Shown here: piece after piece, positions 31,098 through 41,120 of the stretch
How positions within the stretch are numbered: the first letter of the stretch is position 1
Layout: every line of letters starts with the position of its first letter
The notes under the pieces: generated by a model
What the model was told of the DNA's origin: nothing
Seen by the model: only the letters and a program-made list of their open reading frames with translations
Database searches by the model: none
From: Chamaesiphon sp.
GTDB lineage: Bacteria; Cyanobacteriota; Cyanobacteriia; Cyanobacteriales; Chamaesiphonaceae
Direction of reading: 5' to 3'
Assembly: GCA_965246715.1 (NCBI GenBank)
Contig: CBDFFH010000038.1
Coordinates: 32,001-96,000, forward strand
Length of the DNA stretch: 64,000 nt
Position numbers and translations under genes: made by a program

Positions 31098-31326
31098 GTA
31101 TGAGGATCGGTATTGGCGTGGTATCTCGATCGAAGCACTAATTTCAGGCAAATGCTCGGTTTTGCCGAATGTTGCAACTAAAACGGTAGTTACGTGAATT
31201 ACAAATTAATTTGCTCCATTACTATAATAAGTAGTTTAACGAGGATCTACCGAGCCTAGTTAAATTGGTAGGATCTAAACAGATAAATAATCTCGCTGCC
31301 GATTAGCATAACTAGTCAAATTCCTT

Positions 31327-31791
31327 ATGACAACTTTTAATACACTTGCAGATGCTCCCGATTTAACCGCTAATGACTATGTAGTCGTCGGTGTAGCTAC
31401 CTGCTTCTTCCGCGATGACGACGGCGTGCGCGAACTCAAAATAATCGAACCCATCCCTTCGTCAGCGCTAGAAGCCCTCATCAAAGGCATTCCGACTTCT
31501 TACAAAATCGCCGCAGCAACTACGCTCGGGGCACTCATCGCTGGCGATACACCCCAAATCCCGGCAAGTTTCCCGACTGACTGTCAATTAGGCAATGAAT
31601 TTGCCTACCGTTGTATCGCCGCTGCCCGTACTTTCAAACGCCGCCCGGTAGCCCAAACACATATCGCGCAAGGCGAAACCTACACTAGTTTTAACTACTC
31701 CACCGAGCGCAAGCGGGTGCTTAATGCCGATCGAGTCGTCACGAAGGATGATAATGTCAAGCAACATGCTTATACCCACCAGCAGCTGTAA
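31327..31791 (+). CDS. Conserved cyanobacterial hypothetical protein
   Basis: DYVVVGVATCF...IEPIPS...DNVKQHAYTHQQL. Confidence 0.85.
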   Translation: MTTFNTLADAPDLTANDYVVVGVATCFFRDDDGVRELKIIEPIPSSALEALIKGIPTSYKIAAATTLGALIAGDTPQIPASFPTDCQLGNEFAYRCIAAARTFKRRPVAQTHIAQGETYTSFNYSTERKRVLNADRVVTKDDNVKQHAYTHQQL

Positions 31792-31806
31792 TCGATCGTT
31801 ACTCCC

Positions 31807-32490
31807 ATGCCTCATCCCTGGCAACTATCGATCGAGCGCTTGCGCCAACAGGCTTTAAACTTATTTTTAAAGCAAAATTGCCCGCTGTGCGATCGTACCG
31901 CAGCGGAGATCCTCTGTCGGTATTGCCACCGTCAACTTCAAGATTGTCAACTCCCCCAACCAGATCGATATTGGCGGGGAGATCTACCGTTATTTGCATG
32001 GGGTAATTATACTGGTAGCGTCAAGCAAGCGATCTCTAAGTTAAAATACGACGGTCATACATCGATCGCCGATTTGTATGGCGAATTACTGGCACAGAGT
32101 TGGCAACAATCCGCTCTAGTTACTCCAAAAAAGTTAATTGTCGTCCCGATTCCCCTGCATCCAGACAAACTCGCAATCAGAGGTTTCAATCAAGCCGAAT
32201 CGATCGCGCGAAGATTTTGTCAGGTAACTGGCGATCGGTTAGATCTGAGTTTACACCGCACCCGCGCCACTGTCGCTCAATTCGGCTTATCTAAATCAGC
32301 CAGACAGGAAAATGTCGCTGGGGCATTCGAGATCGCCCCTAACTCGGCGCTAAAACCTGGCTCGACAGTTTTACTAATCGATGATATCTATACTACTGGC
32401 GCGACCGGGCGATCGGCAGCCAATGTCTTGAGCGCGATGCAAATTAATGTTTGTGGAGTTGCGGTAGTTGCTACCGGACGCGATCGTTGA
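31807..32490 (+). CDS. comF: ComF-family competence protein (PRTase domain + Zn finger)
   Basis: CPLC/CRYC, VPIPLH...RGFNQ, LIDDIYTTGAT. Confidence 0.92.
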   Translation: MPHPWQLSIERLRQQALNLFLKQNCPLCDRTAAEILCRYCHRQLQDCQLPQPDRYWRGDLPLFAWGNYTGSVKQAISKLKYDGHTSIADLYGELLAQSWQQSALVTPKKLIVVPIPLHPDKLAIRGFNQAESIARRFCQVTGDRLDLSLHRTRATVAQFGLSKSARQENVAGAFEIAPNSALKPGSTVLLIDDIYTTGATGRSAANVLSAMQINVCGVAVVATGRDR

Positions 32491-32492
32491 GA
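32436..32492 (+). repeat. Direct repeat copy 1 (comF 3' end)
   Basis: 54/57 identical to 34682-34738. Confidence 0.9.
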
Positions 32493-32534
32493 TCGACTGC
32501 TCGATCTATAATTTTTAAATCAGGCGTTGCTGAA

Positions 32535-32740
32535 TTATTGAAGTTTCTAATATCTGCATTAGTTTTTTGCTCTTGAGCAGCCAAATCGGTACGGATTTGG
32601 TTTTGAATCGTCGTTGGAATAGATGAGGAAATGTTATTAGCTGAAAGTGCGACTGTTGGCGATCCAGCAGACATCACACCTGCATCCACATTAAACCCAA
32701 ATCCCGAACTAATCGGTGTACCAAAGCCAATTCCCAAATA
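32535..32740 (-). pseudogene. Fragment of an outer-membrane beta-barrel-like protein
   Basis: YLGIGFGTPISSGFGFNVDAGVMSAGSPTVAL...DLAAQEQK; no start or 5' region. Confidence 0.6.
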
Positions 32741-34409
32741 TTGGTTGGCGATCGAGCGAGAATGGGTGTCGGTTGGAGAATTACAAGCAGATATTATTCC
32801 CACCATTTCGATCTCGCAATTACTGGAATCTCTCGAATACTTGCAAGGTCGATCGCTCATCGAAAAGAACGGTGGTAAATTCACCCAGCAGGCAGTGGTG
32901 ATGGAATACACGATCGACAAACTGTTAACTACTGTAAGAACAGAAATTCGCGATTGACAGCCGAAGTTATTGCTGCGTTATGCACTGATGAAAGTTACGG
33001 CGAAGGATTATGTGCGGGAGAGTCAAATTCGGCTCGCGATCGTGCCATTACTAATGATGCTGGCAGCAGATTTGGGCGGAAGACAGGCGATCGAGCTAGC
33101 TCTAAAGCAGATTTTGCAACAACTCTCTACTGACTCCTATTCAGCATCAAATTATGGTGCCGGAAATTGTCTAAATTTGCTCTCTCACTTACAAGCCGAT
33201 GTAACTGGATTAGATTTGTCAGGAATGAGTATTCGCCAAGCAGATCTCCGCGAGCTGCGACTGCATCGAGTCAATTTTACACAAGCGAACCTATCTACTT
33301 CACTATTTGCCGAATCGATCGGCGATATCTATCAAATAGCAATTAGCCCCGACGGTAGAATGGTTGCGAATGGTTGTAATGATGGTCGGATTTCCATCTG
33401 GCAAGTAAGTACCGGACAAAACTTGTTGAGTATCAAAGGACATAATAGTACTGTCATGGGGCTGGTTTTTACCGCCGATAACCAAAAGCTGATTAGTTGT
33501 AGTTTCGATCGATATATTAAAATTTGGGATGTAGATAGTGGTGCTTGTATCCAATTTTGGTAAGCATCAGCAGCCATTCAGCGGCTATCGATCGGGTGTG
33601 ATGGGCAAATATTGGCTTGTGGTGGCGACAGTGGCGATGTGTTGCTATGGGATTTGAATACGGGAAAACTACTAAAAAAACTCCATAGCATTTCTAAAGT
33701 TGTGCGAGCGTTAGCTTTTCATCCCACTTGTAATTTATTGGCTAGCAGTAGTGACGATCGACAACTTCGGCTGTGGGATCTCGATACCGATCGCGGCTTA
33801 AATACGACTCTCGCTCATAAGATGGCTGCGTGGCAAATAGCGTTTTCACCTCAAGGTAATCTATTAGCAAGTTGCAGCATGGATGGCTTGGTTAAGTTGT
33901 GGAATGTCATCGATGATTCATCTTTACAAGGACTTTCTCCGCCATTGCAACGGAGTTCTCACCAGATCTTAACTATTGCTTTTCAACCATATGCCGAGAT
34001 TCTGGCTAGCGGTGGAGTTGATAGTACGATCTGTTTGTGGAATTATCGCACTGGGGAACTAGTTTGTAAATTCGATCGGACAGAACTGGGCAATCTTAAA
34101 ATTCTTAACTTGGCTTTTCATCCTTCAGGTCGTTTTCTAGCTACCGCCAGTTACGATCCCCATATCAAGATTTGGGATATCGAGCAGGGTGTTTGCTATC
34201 GGCACTTAGATGGGAAAAATGCCACTCGCAACTGGGCTGTGGCTTGCCACCCACACCGAGATCTATTAGCCAGTGGTGGTGGTGGCGGAGATAATACCGT
34301 GTGCCTGTGGGATATCCATAGTAGTACATGTTGTCAGGTTTTGAATGGTCATACCTCCGTTATTATTGGAGTTGCCTTTAGTCCTGATGGATTACAACCG
34401 CTCAATTAG
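32739..34409 (+). pseudogene. STAND (NB-ARC/NACHT)-WD40 pseudogene, truncated at both ends
   Basis: YWLAIERE..., pentapeptide-like stretch, WD40 repeats; one frame with premature stops at 32955-32957 and 33561-33563. Confidence 0.88.
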
Positions 34410-34511
34410 CGACGCTCAAGGGTTTAGGGGCATTGGCTTAGCTCTGGTGGAAACGAGATCGGGAGCGCGACTTGGAAATAAAAGCACTACTGGTAGAGGT
34501 AAAAGAGGCTA

Positions 34512-34679
34512 TTATTTACTCTTCCGATCGTTGAGTGACTTATATGTCTGCTCCTTTTGGATCCAGTCGCGACCGAGTTCGATCGTGACATCAGAGTAGA
34601 AACTACTCGAACTCTCAACCTTGACCTCTCCAAATCCTAATAACTGCGATAAACCAGAGATTCTCTGTGTGGTAGTAGG
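34512..34679 (-). pseudogene. 3' fragment of an LCP/LytR C-terminal domain gene
   Basis: Manual translation: ...LSQLLGFGEVKVESSSSFYSDVTIELGRDWIQKEQ...*. Confidence 0.65.
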
Positions 34680-34681
34680 GA

Positions 34682-34738
34682 GATGCAAATTAATATTTGT
34701 GGAGTTGCGGTAGTTGCTACCGGACGCGAGCGGTGAGA
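34682..34738 (+). repeat. Direct repeat copy 2 (duplicated comF 3' end)
   Basis: Encodes MQINICGVAVVATGRER*; matches 32436-32492. Confidence 0.9.
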
Positions 34739-34808
34739 GCGAAAAATTCGATCGTCAATTTGGTAAGATTCGATCGAGTGTGAGCACAGTTATTTTCACG
34801 ATCTAACA

Positions 34809-35300
34809 ATGCAAATAGATTACCAAATTCGAGAACTGACGGTAGAAGATGAATCGATCGTGTGGGAAATGTTACGATATGCCGCACAACAACCGTCGAT
34901 CGAATCAGTTCGCGCTCAACCAGATCTAGCGCGTTATGCCACAGATTGGGGTAGAAATGGCGACTGGGGTTATGTGGCATCCCAGCAGGGAATTCCTATC
35001 GGCGCGGCTTGGCTGCGGTTGTGGCTGGGGGAACGAGGATTTGGTTACGTTAATGATAAAACCCCCGAATTAGGTCTCGCAGTGTTACCCGATTATCGCG
35101 GTCGAGGGATTGGCTCTGAGTTATTAGATCGGGTTTTACAATCGGCGCGGGAGCGATTTGCAGCGGTAAGTCTGAGCGTTCGATCGGATAATCCCGTTCT
35201 GAGGTTATACGAGCGATCGGGATTTGTCAAAGCAACAGGCAGCGAACATTTCAATCGATCGGACAGCATCTCATTTACGATGATTTGTAAGTTTGAGTAA
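34809..35300 (+). CDS. GNAT-family N-acetyltransferase
   Basis: VLPDYRGRGIG acetyl-CoA motif; NPVLRLYERSGF. Confidence 0.92.
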   Translation: MQIDYQIRELTVEDESIVWEMLRYAAQQPSIESVRAQPDLARYATDWGRNGDWGYVASQQGIPIGAAWLRLWLGERGFGYVNDKTPELGLAVLPDYRGRGIGSELLDRVLQSARERFAAVSLSVRSDNPVLRLYERSGFVKATGSEHFNRSDSISFTMICKFE

Positions 35301-35311
35301 AGCCGTTAATT

Positions 35312-35429
35312 AACCCAAGTTGCTACCTAGAAACGCCTACGATTGAAATCGTGGCTACGGTTACTTAGTCCGGTTATTGCTGCGAGCAGCGGTTTCTAAC
35401 CGCTGAGGTTATAGGTACCAACTTGGATT
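35312..35429. mobile_element. MITE-like element family A, reversed and internally deleted copy
   Basis: AACCCAAGTTGCTACCT...AGGTACCAACTTGGATT, flanked by AATT on both sides. Confidence 0.8.
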
Positions 35430-35431
35430 AA

Positions 35432-36994
35432 TTATTTCAATTGACAAGAACTGCGATAGTAGTCAAATTCGGGTTCTTGCCACGAAAAGGCAAAGTGACT
35501 GATGGAATGAATCTGCGGTAGATTGCGATGAATACCATTCATTTGCTCCTCTAAAGACGGACGACCCTCCGTAGGTTTACCCCAGGTGCCAGCTAGCGCG
35601 GGTTTCACCTCGGTATTCGCTGGCGCAAAACTTAGCACGCGGCGGACTTGATTGACGATACAATCGCTCTTATTACAGGTGGCATAAGCCATCGGATGCC
35701 ATTCATTGGTCACAAAGCGATCCCAAGGTTGCAGCCGCGAATCGTAGCCTCTTCTACCGACTGGTTGATTGGCTTCGGGGAAGAATACCGCACCAGATTT
35801 AAGCTGTTGTTGTTCCACGGGTGCGGCAACCCGACGCAGAAAATTAGCAACTCCATCGCTAGCATGAGCGAGCGTGAGCTGCCACAAATCCCACTCAATC
35901 CAAGGCAATTTATCTTCGTATGGCATGGTGCCCTCGTTTTCCAGCGGGGTGCGTCCTTGCCAGAGCGGCGAAACTTCATTGGGGTAGAGCTTGTCTACCT
36001 CTTTGAGGTCGTTCACGGTAATAGTGCCTTTATTGAGAAACCGATCGATCAGCGCCGTACCCTTACTATTTTGAGCCAGAGCGGCGAGCGTTTGACGGGA
36101 CTCATCGCTATAAATCCATAAATCTTTGACCTGACTGGCGATCGATTGGATGCCCTGTCCCCTAGGGAACCGAATATAATCAAACAGCACGCCATCGGGA
36201 CGGCGACGGACGACTTCGCGCAACATCCGGTCGTAATCATTCCGGGCTTTATCGCTATAAGGATCGATAAATAGAACGGAACCAGAACCCGTCTCGCCAT
36301 CTGCCGTTTTTTGAAAGCCTTCTTCTCCAGCAAACAATGTTGTCTCGCCGCGACCGTTGATCCCTACGGCTGACTGTCCATCTGGGGTGACTCCATACTC
36401 TGGCCCAAAATTGAGACTATACATCCACGCGTAGACCTTCAAGCCACGTTCGTGCCCTTTTTGAATCGCGTCTGCGAGAAGGTCGGTTTTATCGGTTCCC
36501 CGCGTATTCAGTACTGAGTTCCAAGCGGTACTATTACCAGTGCGTGGCAATAAGACCTTGCCATAGAAAGTGGCAACATAAACTTGGTTGTAGCCTTTAT
36601 CGACCATCCGATCGAATATTTCTTCCAAGGCACCAGGTTTTGTATCACAGGGATAGAGCCTAATCCAAATTGCTTGGTTTTTCAACCAACTTTTTTGCCG
36701 ACAATCTCGAACGTAGCTGATGTGCTTTTTGACTATTTCATTGTACTGAGATTGACTCTGCCGATCGCCTTTTTGGGCCGCTCGCCGCAGGGTGTTTTTG
36801 GCAATGATTTCGGTTGGCGGAATTTGACAGTAATCAGAAGCGGGAATGTTTTGGGCTAATTTGGTCTGAGCAAAGGCTCCCGACCCGATGAAGCTACTGG
36901 TGGCGAACGCTCCTACGAATAACCCCCGATACCACTTGTGCTGATTTTTCCCTCCTAGCGGGACGGGAAGATTTGTATGTAGCTTACAATCCAT
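35432..36994 (-). CDS. Family 10 glycosyl hydrolase-like (GHL10/DUF187) protein
   Basis: GLKVYAW, PDGVLFDYIRFP, QPWDRF; signal peptide. Confidence 0.82.
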   Translation of the reverse strand: MDCKLHTNLPVPLGGKNQHKWYRGLFVGAFATSSFIGSGAFAQTKLAQNIPASDYCQIPPTEIIAKNTLRRAAQKGDRQSQSQYNEIVKKHISYVRDCRQKSWLKNQAIWIRLYPCDTKPGALEEIFDRMVDKGYNQVYVATFYGKVLLPRTGNSTAWNSVLNTRGTDKTDLLADAIQKGHERGLKVYAWMYSLNFGPEYGVTPDGQSAVGINGRGETTLFAGEEGFQKTADGETGSGSVLFIDPYSDKARNDYDRMLREVVRRRPDGVLFDYIRFPRGQGIQSIASQVKDLWIYSDESRQTLAALAQNSKGTALIDRFLNKGTITVNDLKEVDKLYPNEVSPLWQGRTPLENEGTMPYEDKLPWIEWDLWQLTLAHASDGVANFLRRVAAPVEQQQLKSGAVFFPEANQPVGRRGYDSRLQPWDRFVTNEWHPMAYATCNKSDCIVNQVRRVLSFAPANTEVKPALAGTWGKPTEGRPSLEEQMNGIHRNLPQIHSISHFAFSWQEPEFDYYRSSCQLK

Positions 36995-37041
36995 AGTCTC
37001 GATCGCGATTGCAGATAAGAATAGTTCGGCTTCTAAGTATA

Positions 37042-37075
37042 AAGGAGAAGCCGATCCGCAGATCGACTTCTCCTT
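37042..37075. terminator. Stem-loop downstream of psb27
   Basis: AAGGAGAAGCCGATC-cgca-GATCGACTTCTCCTT. Confidence 0.45.
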
Positions 37076-37169
37076 CTACTCTTTCAATTTGGACTAGCGA
37101 TTTAGAGCCAATGTTCCAAATAGAGGATAAAAGTTTGAGCGAGGGGGTAATGGATAGTGAATAGTAGCG

Positions 37170-37316
37170 AACCTAAGTTGCTACCTATTATCTCAGCGGT
37201 TAGAAACCGCTGCTCGTGATGCAAAGTCCGGTTGTTGCCGCGAGCGGCAACAACCGGACTTTGCAACGTTAGCCCCGATTTTAATCGGCGGCATTCGATA
37301 GGTAGCAACTTGGGTT
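37170..37316. mobile_element. MITE-like element family A copy
   Basis: AACCTAAGTTGCTACCT...AGGTAGCAACTTGGGTT; internal perfect 22-bp palindrome at 37220-37265. Confidence 0.85.
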
Positions 37317-37342
37317 AGCTATTGGCAGTAATTCATAATTGA

Positions 37343-37744
37343 TTACGCGCCACGTTGGAGGGCAGCTTCGATTTGCTTGAATTTTTGCTCTAGACTGGTC
37401 TTAAGCTTTTCTGGTAGCGGACGATTGGGGTAGGAGGCGTAGTGCGCCGCTAACGAATTGAGGGCGGTTCGCATACTGGTAAAGGAGCTAAGTTTTGTCA
37501 ATGCAGGGTCTTGACGGTAACGCGAAGCAAAATCATTGATATTTTGACGAGCTAAAGCCTGTGCGGCTGGTTTATCTGGGGAGTCGTCGGGCAACTCTAA
37601 TACAGCTTTCATACTATTGAGGACAGCCATGGTGTCCTGACGATAATCTCCCACTAGTCCGCCAGGGCTAGCCGAACAGCCAGCCAAACCGATGACAACC
37701 ACTAGTACTAAAGCAAATAACTGTGACCACAGACGCTTAAACAT
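37343..37744 (-). CDS. psb27: Photosystem II assembly lipoprotein Psb27
   Basis: Lipobox LAGC; SFTSMRTALNSLAAHY...RPLPEKLK. Confidence 0.95.
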   Translation of the reverse strand: MFKRLWSQLFALVLVVVIGLAGCSASPGGLVGDYRQDTMAVLNSMKAVLELPDDSPDKPAAQALARQNINDFASRYRQDPALTKLSSFTSMRTALNSLAAHYASYPNRPLPEKLKTSLEQKFKQIEAALQRGA

Positions 37745-37943
37745 GATTTGTAAATTAGAAATTTAAAACTCAAAAATTACTGTCCATCCTAGCGCGAATC
37801 CGAGCGGAATGGGGGATTAGAGGAAAGGGAACGGGGCTAACTCCCAATTGAGATTTGGACTGGCTCTTGACTATTGGCGATCGATCGTCAACTATTGTCT
37901 AGGTACTAAGAATATAAATAACTATTCACTAGCCACAAGCACT

Positions 37944-38537
37944 ATGACCGTAATTTCTCGCCCCTACATTTTTATGTGGACGATCGTAGGCTTATTTCTG
38001 ACGATCGGTGCTAATTTTTTGCCATTGTATATTACCAGTTCACCGTTGCAATGGTTGAGCGGGGGGATTACTGCTTACCCATTAGGGTTTAAGTGTCAGG
38101 TGGGTGCGGTGCTGCTAGTGAGTTGTTTGGGTGGCAGAACTACTGGAGTATTGACTCAATTTACTTACATATTATTGGGATTGCTGTGGTTGAAAATTTT
38201 TAATGACGGTGGTGGCATTGAGTATCTTCATCAGCCTAATTTTGGATATTTACTGGGATTTATCCCTGGAGCTTGGGTCTGCGGACAGTTAGCATTTACC
38301 CGGAAGCTACAATTGGAAAATTTAGGATTGAGTTGCTTTTGTGGTCTAATAACGATTCATCTCACTGGCATTTTATATTTAATTATCTATCAATTAATTA
38401 ACTGGCAGCAATTAGGTGAATTCAAGTTAGTAGAGCTGACACTTAATTATTCTTTTTATCCGTTTATCAGTCAATTGGTGCTGGCTTGCGCGGCTGCTTC
38501 GATCGCATATTTCACGCGCAAGATTATGTTTTATTAA
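37944..38537 (+). CDS. bioY: Biotin transporter BioY
   Basis: GGGIEYLHQPNFGYLLGFIPGA; bioY-lspA synteny typical of cyanobacteria. Confidence 0.88.
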   Translation: MTVISRPYIFMWTIVGLFLTIGANFLPLYITSSPLQWLSGGITAYPLGFKCQVGAVLLVSCLGGRTTGVLTQFTYILLGLLWLKIFNDGGGIEYLHQPNFGYLLGFIPGAWVCGQLAFTRKLQLENLGLSCFCGLITIHLTGILYLIIYQLINWQQLGEFKLVELTLNYSFYPFISQLVLACAAASIAYFTRKIMFY

Positions 38538-38547
38538 TAACTAAGAT

Positions 38548-39018
38548 ATGCAAGTCAGAAATTATTACTTATGGATTGCTGCAATCGGCAGTATTACAAT
38601 CGATATTCTCAGTAAGCAAGCGATCGTGCGCAATCTCCAGGCGATGCAAACGTTGCCCATCATCCCCAATGTTTTGCATTTTACCTATATCCGCAACACT
38701 GGTGCGGCCTTTAGTCTATTTCAGGGACAGGATTGGCTGCGGTGGTTGTCGTTAATTGTTACCCTTGCATTAATCGCAGTCGGACTATTCAAGTCTTTTC
38801 GCAATACTTGGGAACAATTGGGGCTGGGATTTATTCTAGCAGGAGCAGCAGGGAATGGCATCGATCGATTATTTTTTGGTTCGGTAGTTGATTTTATCGA
38901 TCTACGGTTGATTAATTTCGCGATCTTTAATTGGGCTGATGTATCGATCAACCTAGGAATTATTTGCCTGCTAATATATACATTTTTATACCAACCGCAA
39001 AGATCTAATCCTCGTTAA
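38548..39018 (+). CDS. lspA: Lipoprotein signal peptidase II
   Basis: NTGAAFSL, GAAGNGIDR, VVDFI, FNWAD. Confidence 0.96.
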   Translation: MQVRNYYLWIAAIGSITIDILSKQAIVRNLQAMQTLPIIPNVLHFTYIRNTGAAFSLFQGQDWLRWLSLIVTLALIAVGLFKSFRNTWEQLGLGFILAGAAGNGIDRLFFGSVVDFIDLRLINFAIFNWADVSINLGIICLLIYTFLYQPQRSNPR

Positions 39019-39086
39019 AGATCGCAATTTAAATAAGAGCGATGTTAACTATTCATCGCTCGGCTAGAGAATCGATCGAGATCCTA

Positions 39087-39569
39087 ATGAAACACAAAAT
39101 TTCTAATTACTGCCCGATCGTTTTGGCAATCTTACTGACTCACAGTCTTTGCTGCAACAGCAGCTCCGCCGCACCGCGAACGGTGGGGACAACGCTATTA
39201 CCTAAAGATAATAAAGCTGTCTACGCGCCCATCCTATTACCGTCGACTGGAGAAGTCAAAGATGTCTTATCTGCTAAAGATATTCCGACTGGTGAAGGTG
39301 GATTTGCACGAGATTATGCAATCAAATTACAAGCTGGCGATCAAATAGCGATCGATCTGAGTTCTGAAGTATTCGATACTGTCATCATCCTCCTAAGTCC
39401 TGAAGGTAAAAACATCGGCAAAAATGATGATGGCCCCGATGGTAGTAGTAATTCCCTGTTATTTACCAGAATTAAAGATGCTGGTACCTATGTTATTCGC
39501 GTCCAGGGGTTTGGGGAAACTAGCAGTGGGGAATTTAAACTCAAAGTTAGTAAACTCAAAGCCCAATAA
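39087..39569 (+). CDS. Secreted PPC (pre-peptidase C-terminal) domain protein
   Basis: AGDQIAIDLSS...FDT...NDDGPDG...GTYVIRV. Confidence 0.85.
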   Translation: MKHKISNYCPIVLAILLTHSLCCNSSSAAPRTVGTTLLPKDNKAVYAPILLPSTGEVKDVLSAKDIPTGEGGFARDYAIKLQAGDQIAIDLSSEVFDTVIILLSPEGKNIGKNDDGPDGSSNSLLFTRIKDAGTYVIRVQGFGETSSGEFKLKVSKLKAQ

Positions 39570-39580
39570 ATATATAGAAT

Positions 39581-40876
39581 TTAGCGTTTGACCAAAATAT
39601 ATGCCTTGGTATATTCGGGTAATGTGCGCGTATAAGCCGCAAAATCTTCCTTACTATCGAATACCCCAGCCAAAAAGTCTAATTGATGTAAATTGGGTAA
39701 AAAAGCCCCACCCGTATCTGCAATAATCCCCATGTGTAATTGCTGCTTACCAGAGTTCGCACCGCTCTGTGTCACCACAATTTTACCCAAACCGATATTG
39801 AGGACATCGCCAGCAAAAGTCACCCCAGGCTTGAGTGAAATCTTAGTTTCGATCGTCTGACCGAATCCTTTAATGGCATTGACAGGTTTAAAATACCAAT
39901 AGCGTTTTTGGGCGAGCGGATCGAGACCTTTAATATAAGGAAGATTATTATTGCGATCGACATTAAAAAATGTCGAAGTCCCATCGGTAAATTTAATTAA
40001 TACCGTTCCTTCCATTAATGCCGATTCCAATCCCGCTCGATCGAGATAAGCTAAAGGTTCGACTGCACCATATTCAGTCCCATTCGGTTCGTAGATATTT
40101 TTTAAGACATCTTGCTTGGTATATTTCAGCCGCACTCGATCGACATCCGTGCCTGGTTTGAGTGCATACAGTCCCAGATTATACTCTTTTGTCGGCTGAT
40201 GCGAGCCAGGATGAGTAAATACGGCATATTTAGTCAATCGCACTCGTTTCTCGTCTGTCGCCTTGGGATCGAATGCTTGCCATTGAATCGTCCGAAAATG
40301 AGTATTTAAAAACTTTGGATCTTGGAGCCGGATCGATCTTTTCGCTTTAAGATCTTGCTCGAGCGTCAAAATCATAAAATCCAACGTTTTGACAACATCC
40401 GGAATAGTTACGCCTTGGCTAGCTAAAATCCCCTCGCGCTGAAGATCGACATCGTTATCTAAGCTATTTTTAAAGTACTTGCGCGTGCTGCTGAGCACCA
40501 CCAGCAAATCGGCGGCATTAAAATTTACTCTATTGTTCGGCAGCTTGGTAGATTTAAATAGTTCGCGGCTTTGAGCCATGAATTGGGGTTGCTTTAGTTC
40601 GTCGATTACTTGATAGTCTCCAAGCTGTACGGGGGCGCTAGGCAGTGGTAGTGGGGCAACAGGAGCAGTGGTGGTAGCAGTTGTTGCTGGTGATGCTGTC
40701 GGCGGCGTTGCGGTAATGGCTGGGGCTGGTGCGCTCGCAGATGATGGCATCGGTGCCGGTAGTGGGGTAACACTCGATGAGGCAGAAGCTTCTGACGTAG
40801 AAGCTTTAGGCAGAGTATGAGTACAAGCTGTTAAGACGATCGAGCTAATCCCAATTAATAATCTAAAATATTTCAC
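39581..40876 (-). CDS. MltA-like lytic transglycosylase lipoprotein (divergent)
   Basis: Lipobox LTAC, Pro/Ala/Thr linker, C-terminal DTGGAF...QLDFLAG (3D-like) motif. Confidence 0.7.
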   Translation of the reverse strand: MKYFRLLIGISSIVLTACTHTLPKASTSEASASSSVTPLPAPMPSSASAPAPAITATPPTASPATTATTTAPVAPLPLPSAPVQLGDYQVIDELKQPQFMAQSRELFKSTKLPNNRVNFNAADLLVVLSSTRKYFKNSLDNDVDLQREGILASQGVTIPDVVKTLDFMILTLEQDLKAKRSIRLQDPKFLNTHFRTIQWQAFDPKATDEKRVRLTKYAVFTHPGSHQPTKEYNLGLYALKPGTDVDRVRLKYTKQDVLKNIYEPNGTEYGAVEPLAYLDRAGLESALMEGTVLIKFTDGTSTFFNVDRNNNLPYIKGLDPLAQKRYWYFKPVNAIKGFGQTIETKISLKPGVTFAGDVLNIGLGKIVVTQSGANSGKQQLHMGIIADTGGAFLPNLHQLDFLAGVFDSKEDFAAYTRTLPEYTKAYILVKR

Positions 40877-41120
40877 GCTAAGTAATTGACAAATAGTTAG
40901 TTCGCTTAATTATCGTCAAGTATACAACTCAATGTCCGCGCTGAAGTTACTCTAAATTTGATAATAAGTAAAATTAATCGATCTTAAATTTTTTATTCAT
41001 TACCGTACTCAGATAGAGAATAACTACAGCATTGAGTTTGGTTGATGCGATCGAAAATAGCATTGTGACCCCAAAACCGCTTAGCTTCAAAAGCATTTGG
41101 GAATTTAGGGTATAGTCAAT

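Noticed and set aside
32471..32957. ORF-track entries 32471-32920(-) and 32631-32957(+) as real genes
   Set aside because: Each is a chimera reading across the junction of two fragments.
33585..33600. Suspected HIP1-mediated deletion in the WD40 pseudogene
   Set aside because: The frame and WD repeat register continue across it; a nonsense stop explains the break.
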